A program made the position numbers and the translations under genes. The notes under the pieces are model-generated. The model saw only the letters and a list, made by a program, of their open reading frames with translations, was not told the origin of the DNA and did not search any database. Positions 16,528-21,128 of a stretch of DNA of 21,128 nucleotides are shown here, in pieces. Within the stretch, counting starts at the first letter, position 1; each line of letters opens with the position of its first letter. Source of the DNA: Candidatus Thorarchaeota archaeon (GTDB taxonomy: Archaea; Asgardarchaeota; Thorarchaeia; Thorarchaeales; Thorarchaeaceae); NCBI GenBank assembly GCA_048884785.1, contig JBHLQM010000063.1, forward strand, positions 1 through 21,128, in the 5' to 3' direction.

Positions 16528-17789
16528 AGTCACTGATAGATTCTGCCAGAGAACATAATCGTGTTGAGAGGCCACTAGGTTCTTCACTTGATATGGGTCA
16601 GGCACGTATTGTGGTGATAGGCTGCGGAGGGGCAGGAAACAATACTGTCAAACGGCTAATGACAATAGGGGTACAAGGCGCAGAGTGCATAGCAATAAAC
16701 ACCGATCGCCAACATCTTGCAGTCACGACAGCTCACAGAAAGCTACTCATCGGAGAAAAAATAACACGTGGCCTAGGCGCTGGCGGATACCCCCACGTTG
16801 GACAGGCTGCTGCAGAAGAATCTGCGCATCAGCTCTCTGAGCTATTGCGTGATGCAGACCTAGTATTCATCGCAGCTGGCATGGGAGGTGGCACTGGTAC
16901 AGGAAGCGCGCCTATTGTGGCTGAAATCGCAAAACGGAATGATGCCATTGTTGTTGGAGTGGTCACCATGCCTTTCAGTCTTGAGAGGTCCCGTATTGAC
17001 AAAGCAAAGGCAGGTCTAGCCAGGCTACAGGAATTTGCAGATACTGTAGTGGTTATTGATAATCAGAAACTGATGGAGCTTGTCCCGGACCTTCCACTTG
17101 AGGAGGCCTTTGGTGTTGCAGATGAGGTCCTAGCTGCAATGACCAAGGGAATCACTGAGACAATCACCATGCCTAGTCTCATCAATCTTGATTATGCCGA
17201 TGTTCGTTCCATCATTTGCAATGGTGGGGTCGCTCTAGTAGGACTCGGTGAGGCAACAGGCTCAAATCGAGCTGAGGATGCTATTAAAAACGCACTGAAC
17301 AGCCCACTACTTGAAGTAGAATGGAAGGGTGCAACTGGTGCATTAATTCATATCACCGGCGGTCCCGATATGTCGCTGGCTGAAGCCAATGGGGTTGGTG
17401 AGAAGATCTCGGAAAAGATGAGTCTTGATGCAAATGTAATCTGGGGAGCACGTGTTGAGCCTCGTTTGACAGGTACTCTCCGTGTCATGTTGATTCTTAC
17501 CGGTGTGAAGAGTCCACAGTTACTTGCAAGGTCAAAGGAGGAGGTCGATTCAGGCAAGGGTCGCAGACGACTCTCTGATCTTGGTCTGATGAGCGACTCT
17601 GCAGGAACACTTGATCCTCGAAAGATAAAGGCCGAGTTTAGATCAATTGGTAAGGTTCCCACCGCCACTAGAAGCAGTTGGGAGGATCGGCTCAAGCCTC
17701 TTGAGAAGAGATTGGAAGGGCGGTCTGGTCCATTACCTGAGGAGAGAAAAAAGAGTCTGGATGACCTTGGACTTCGACGGATTATGTGA
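16524..17789 (+). CDS. ftsZ: Cell division protein FtsZ (FtsZ2-type context)
   Basis: [19 protein letters not shown], tubulin signature [10 protein letters not shown]7 loop INLDYADV. Confidence 0.97.
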   Translation: MKSLIDSAREHNRVERPLGSSLDMGQARIVVIGCGGAGNNTVKRLMTIGVQGAECIAINTDRQHLAVTTAHRKLLIGEKITRGLGAGGYPHVGQAAAEESAHQLSELLRDADLVFIAAGMGGGTGTGSAPIVAEIAKRNDAIVVGVVTMPFSLERSRIDKAKAGLARLQEFADTVVVIDNQKLMELVPDLPLEEAFGVADEVLAAMTKGITETITMPSLINLDYADVRSIICNGGVALVGLGEATGSNRAEDAIKNALNSPLLEVEWKGATGALIHITGGPDMSLAEANGVGEKISEKMSLDANVIWGARVEPRLTGTLRVMLILTGVKSPQLLARSKEEVDSGKGRRRLSDLGLMSDSAGTLDPRKIKAEFRSIGKVPTATRSSWEDRLKPLEKRLEGRSGPLPEERKKSLDDLGLRRIM

Positions 17790-17822
17790 CCTTGATCGAT
17801 TCCCGAAGTCATTAGATAAACT

Positions 17823-19514
17823 TCACAGATTCTCCTTCGAAACCCGCCGCTTCATGGCTAGAGCCAAAATAGCGATTAATACCAAGCCTGCACCACCAAT
17901 CATGATGGTGACATAGTTCATCGAATCTGGAATATTTGGAATTGTTGGAGTGATAGGTCCCGCATCAGTCATAGCGACCGCAAAGACGTTCATCTCTGAC
18001 TCATTCATAGTGACTTGAAATCCTGCATCTTTTAGGATGTTCATAGATCTCTCCAAATAGTTATGGAACGACTCCTCTTGTTGGACAACTGGATAATTGA
18101 TGTGCTCACTGATCGGCTCATAGTCTGGGTCCAGTGATGAATAGGATGTGTAATTCAGATACTGTGCTGTAGGTACAAGGATATGCTTTGCTGACCAATA
18201 GTCCAGTGCAACAGGATCCACACTGGCTCCTATGGTGTCTGTAGCACTCGTATGACTGTAGGCTCCCCATGGTCCTCTGTATATGGAGCTCTCAAGTGGA
18301 TTCGCATTAATCCAGACCATGTCCAGAATGTTGAGGACTGGAGCCCTAGTTTCAGCCATGAGGGTTCCCATACCACCATGTCTGACTGAATAGTGTTCGT
18401 GTAAGAAATCAGGATCCACATCTGGAACTATGAATCCCTGAGGGATTCCCATGTAGTGTTTGACGGATGCAGTCACACCAAGAAGTTCGTGACTCTTCAG
18501 CACTGGCATATTGAGTATCTTCAGTCCATCTGGGTCAAACCCTGTTCCATTTCTCCAGATTCCATTCTTGAAGCTGATGTACGCGCCTGTTGCTCGACTC
18601 TGGAACTTCGGGTATGAACAATATAGCTGTGTGTCCTCATGCCAAGTTGGAATCCTGACATATCCATCTGTGAAGTCCCCCTCATCATAATCGTCAACAG
18701 TACTGAAACGTAGGTCATCCCAGAGGTATGTGCTGACATTCCATTGTGTGAAGGAATCCGCCACATCCTGCGCAGACTGATTATGATAGTAGGAATTGGA
18801 ATAGGTTCTGTCCAAATCCCCCTCTCCCTGCCCATTATCAGCAATCACCACCTCTCCTGTGAATCCATCAGGATGATTGTGGATCGCATTAATCACACTC
18901 TTGATGAGGTCAGTATTTGTGCCGCCTCTACGATCCCATTGCCCATTCATCTTGATAATGATTACATCCTCACTACCGATCAAACCGTCTGGTGTGGTTG
19001 TGCTCTTATAGAAGTACAGCCCCTGCAAAGCCATCAAATCGATCAAAGCAATCACTGAAGAGTCCATGTTGCCCTCAGGCCCAGTCGCGTTCTGAACATA
19101 GAAGAGATTTGATGCAGTTTCAGGGGATTGAGCAGTCTGTTGAGTCAGGACTATTGGCACACGCTCTATATTCGAATCCACCTGAAGAGGCTCCAGACCA
19201 ATCTGAAACGGATCAGTTGCTATGGCAAATCCGCCCACTGTGAGAATCGACAGTATAGCTATTGGTTTCATCCACCCAGTAAATACTCGCAAGCTAGCAA
19301 AAGTTGACAATGAAACTGATGCAACTGTCTTGAAGAGTGAAATGTTTGCTAGTGCTGCCTGCTGGCAGGGATACACAATCCTTGAAGGTTTGGTTCCAGT
19401 CCTAATAACAAACCAGACTGTACTTGCAATAGCGACAATTGCTAGTGTCACAAGTCTTCGTTTCTTCCTTTCTCTTTCCTCCAATGGACAGCGTCCTTTC
19501 GAATTGTGACTCAT
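17823..19514 (-). CDS. DUF362-domain protein, membrane-anchored at both ends
   Basis: IIIKMN...TNTDLIKSVI, NMPVLKSH..GVTASVKHYMG, DPVALD. N-terminal TM segments around KPSRIVYPCQQAA; C-terminal Pro/Thr linker, TM and KRR tail. Confidence 0.78.
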   Translation of the reverse strand: MSHNSKGRCPLEERERKKRRLVTLAIVAIASTVWFVIRTGTKPSRIVYPCQQAALANISLFKTVASVSLSTFASLRVFTGWMKPIAILSILTVGGFAIATDPFQIGLEPLQVDSNIERVPIVLTQQTAQSPETASNLFYVQNATGPEGNMDSSVIALIDLMALQGLYFYKSTTTPDGLIGSEDVIIIKMNGQWDRRGGTNTDLIKSVINAIHNHPDGFTGEVVIADNGQGEGDLDRTYSNSYYHNQSAQDVADSFTQWNVSTYLWDDLRFSTVDDYDEGDFTDGYVRIPTWHEDTQLYCSYPKFQSRATGAYISFKNGIWRNGTGFDPDGLKILNMPVLKSHELLGVTASVKHYMGIPQGFIVPDVDPDFLHEHYSVRHGGMGTLMAETRAPVLNILDMVWINANPLESSIYRGPWGAYSHTSATDTIGASVDPVALDYWSAKHILVPTAQYLNYTSYSSLDPDYEPISEHINYPVVQQEESFHNYLERSMNILKDAGFQVTMNESEMNVFAVAMTDAGPITPTIPNIPDSMNYVTIMIGGAGLVLIAILALAMKRRVSKENL

Positions 19515-19599
19515 TCCTAATCGTCTCCTGCGATATCGTACTGGGCATGCTGAAGAGTCTGTTTCACTGAATATGAGTGTGTGAAATCAAGCAAACATG

Positions 19600-19636
19600 A
19601 AAATGTGCAGATAGACATCATAAATCTGCACATTTT
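19600..19636. promoter_or_regulatory. 13-bp perfect inverted repeat (terminator of the Lrp gene or operator of the DUF362 gene)
   Basis: AAAATGTGCAGAT-N11-ATCTGCACATTTT; minus-strand TTTATGA spans the spacer/arm boundary. Confidence 0.6.
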
Positions 19637-19663
19637 GCAACTGTTGAGGAAACAAATTGACAT

Positions 19664-20584
19664 TTAGGAATAGCAGACATCAAACCCTGCATTGACAATA
19701 TCCTCTCTCAGGCGGTCACGTGTTAGAATCGAGGATATCCGTGCTGGGTAGAACACTAGCGTTTCTAATGTCTTAATCTCATTGTATTTGGAAAGCTCAT
19801 TTGAGATTTTTTCTGCGTCTTTGATATGATCAACGAAGAATCTAGTGAAAAGTATAGAGTCGGATGCCGAAACGTAGGACTCCCATGTTTCTACAGGAAA
19901 TGCCCTCTCTATTCGTTCGATAAGCCTCTTTGCATCAGACAATCGTTCATCCAAACCAATCTTGGTGTAGAAACTCAGTCCGCTACTGAGTGCAGGATTT
20001 CTGGCAATTGCCAAAACAATCCCGGCTCCCGTCACAATCTCATCTAGAACACGCTTCACACGTCTTGGACTCAGGCTACTCTTTCTTGCAATCTCAGCAA
20101 CCGAAATTCTGGAATTCTGAAACAGTACGGACAAGACCTGCAAGTGGATTTTCTTTAACTCTACCTTCTTGCCTCTGTCAACCTGAATCAGATGCAATTC
20201 TACCTTATTGACATTCTCGAGTTTCCTAATGTATGAACCCAGTTCTGAGAGTCCATTGGTTCCAACTACAATAGCGTGGAAAAGAATATCCCCTGTTGCC
20301 AAGGGAATGACAGCATGGACCATTGAATGTTGAACTAGTTCTCTAACAAGATCTTCTCTTTTTCCTTCTTGAGTAACCCTGACATGCCCAAAGACATACT
20401 CTGCATCAACCATCGCGAGACTGTACCATGCAGAATACTCTTGGATTACACTTCTCTCCTCAAGCTTGCTGATTCTTTTTCTTACAACGCCTCGTCTAGA
20501 ATTGTACTTCTCAGCAATCTCCTGACATGAAATTCGGCTGTTGGTCATCAATTCAAGAATAATTGACTTATCTAGCAAATCCAT
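19664..20584 (-). CDS. Lrp/AsnC-like regulator with tandem duplicated wHTH + effector domains
   Basis: MDLLDKSIILELMTNSRISCQEIAEK... and a second repeat LQVLSVLFQNSRISVAEIARKSSLSPRRVKRVL. ATG 20584 preferred. Confidence 0.85.
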   Translation of the reverse strand: MDLLDKSIILELMTNSRISCQEIAEKYNSRRGVVRKRISKLEERSVIQEYSAWYSLAMVDAEYVFGHVRVTQEGKREDLVRELVQHSMVHAVIPLATGDILFHAIVVGTNGLSELGSYIRKLENVNKVELHLIQVDRGKKVELKKIHLQVLSVLFQNSRISVAEIARKSSLSPRRVKRVLDEIVTGAGIVLAIARNPALSSGLSFYTKIGLDERLSDAKRLIERIERAFPVETWESYVSASDSILFTRFFVDHIKDAEKISNELSKYNEIKTLETLVFYPARISSILTRDRLREDIVNAGFDVCYS

Positions 20585-20702
20585 AGTAGTAGCCTTTTTG
20601 GGCCCTTTGGCTATTATTTTTTTTAATCCAGTAATTTCATGACGAGCTCTTTTACGTCCTCTGGAGTAATGTGCCAATGAAAGCGTTGACAGACCAAATC
20701 AC

Positions 20703-21128
20703 TCACCCTGGCTTCGTCCCGACGCAAATGACAGCTCCTGCGTAACCTCTGGTGTCACGGTCCCGCATCAGTGCGTCCTTTAGTCGTCCTATGGGCATCA
20801 TTCGTCTTCGGAAACTGCCGTTGCTAGCCATGTCCCACGCGACCCGACCTATAATGCGGAGCAGTTTCCAGGTTCCTCCGATTGCAGCCGCCGTTTCGCG
20901 AAGTTTGTATCTGTAGTCTACTACCTCTTGACTTATGCTGTCCAGACCTGCCTCAGCGAAGTATGTTTTCCATTCCGACATTGTGGGAATCTTCATCGGA
21001 AGTCCGACAGCCTGTTCGAATCCCTCGAGTACTCTCTCGATTTTCGGTCTCACCTCCGAGGGTATCTCATCTGCGAAGAATAGCTCATTCATGCCGAGTC
21101 TCCCGCCGGGATTGAGTACCCTTGCAAA
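20703..21128 (-). CDS. Class I SAM-dependent methyltransferase, C-terminal part (runs off the window)
   Basis: The frame is open to the window edge: FARVLNPGGRLGMNE (RVLxPGG motif), EWKTYFAEAGL. Confidence 0.85.
   Translation of the reverse strand, partial: FARVLNPGGRLGMNELFFADEIPSEVRPKIERVLEGFEQAVGLPMKIPTMSEWKTYFAEAGLDSISQEVVDYRYKLRETAAAIGGTWKLLRIIGRVAWDMASNGSFRRRMMPIGRLKDALMRDRDTRGYAGAVICVGTKPG

Noticed and set aside
17348-17812. Antisense/overlapping ORFs (e.g. 154 aa opposite ftsZ, 142 aa opposite the GRE, 122 aa at 15482-15850)
   Set aside because: Shadows of better-supported genes, with no motifs or ribosome-binding sites.
1-21128. CRISPR arrays, tRNA/rRNA genes, IS elements
   Set aside because: No regularly spaced repeats, cloverleaf or rRNA-like segments, or transposase/integrase ORFs were seen.

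Overview
Archaeal chromosomal window, probably an Asgard archaeon (Thorarchaeia-like). This is inferred from the archaeal rpl3-rpl4-rpl23-rpl2 cluster, cdrS-ftsZ, GGTGA/GGAGG ribosome-binding sites, TATA boxes and a double-Lrp regulator. The left half carries a JAB/MPN metalloprotease, the flavodiiron protein FprA, an unannotated CPxCG zinc-finger microprotein, a divergent Fpg-cupin-HhH-GPD cluster, a HypD-like glycyl radical enzyme that lacks the CxE glutamate, and a GNAT. The most unusual part is 12480-16240. (i) The rpl2 start is duplicated: an SD+ATG-GGA-AAG-CGA (MGKR) opens a 23-codon out-of-frame uORF, and its stop overlaps an ATA codon sitting where the intact rpl2 initiator should be. 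(ii) After rpl2 lies an AT-richer cargo block. It encodes a predicted exported protein with a caspase/gingipain-like His-Gly...Ala-Cys domain, a poly-Gly linker and a very hydrophobic helical C-terminal domain (candidate self-processing membrane-active toxin), plus two small unknown genes. (iii) The block ends in an aldo/keto-reductase 5' stub fused to a second, frameshifted rpl2 fragment that differs mostly at synonymous sites. Together these suggest that a segment carrying a replacement rpl2 and cargo inserted into the resident rpl2. All alignments were done by eye; no database searches were run.
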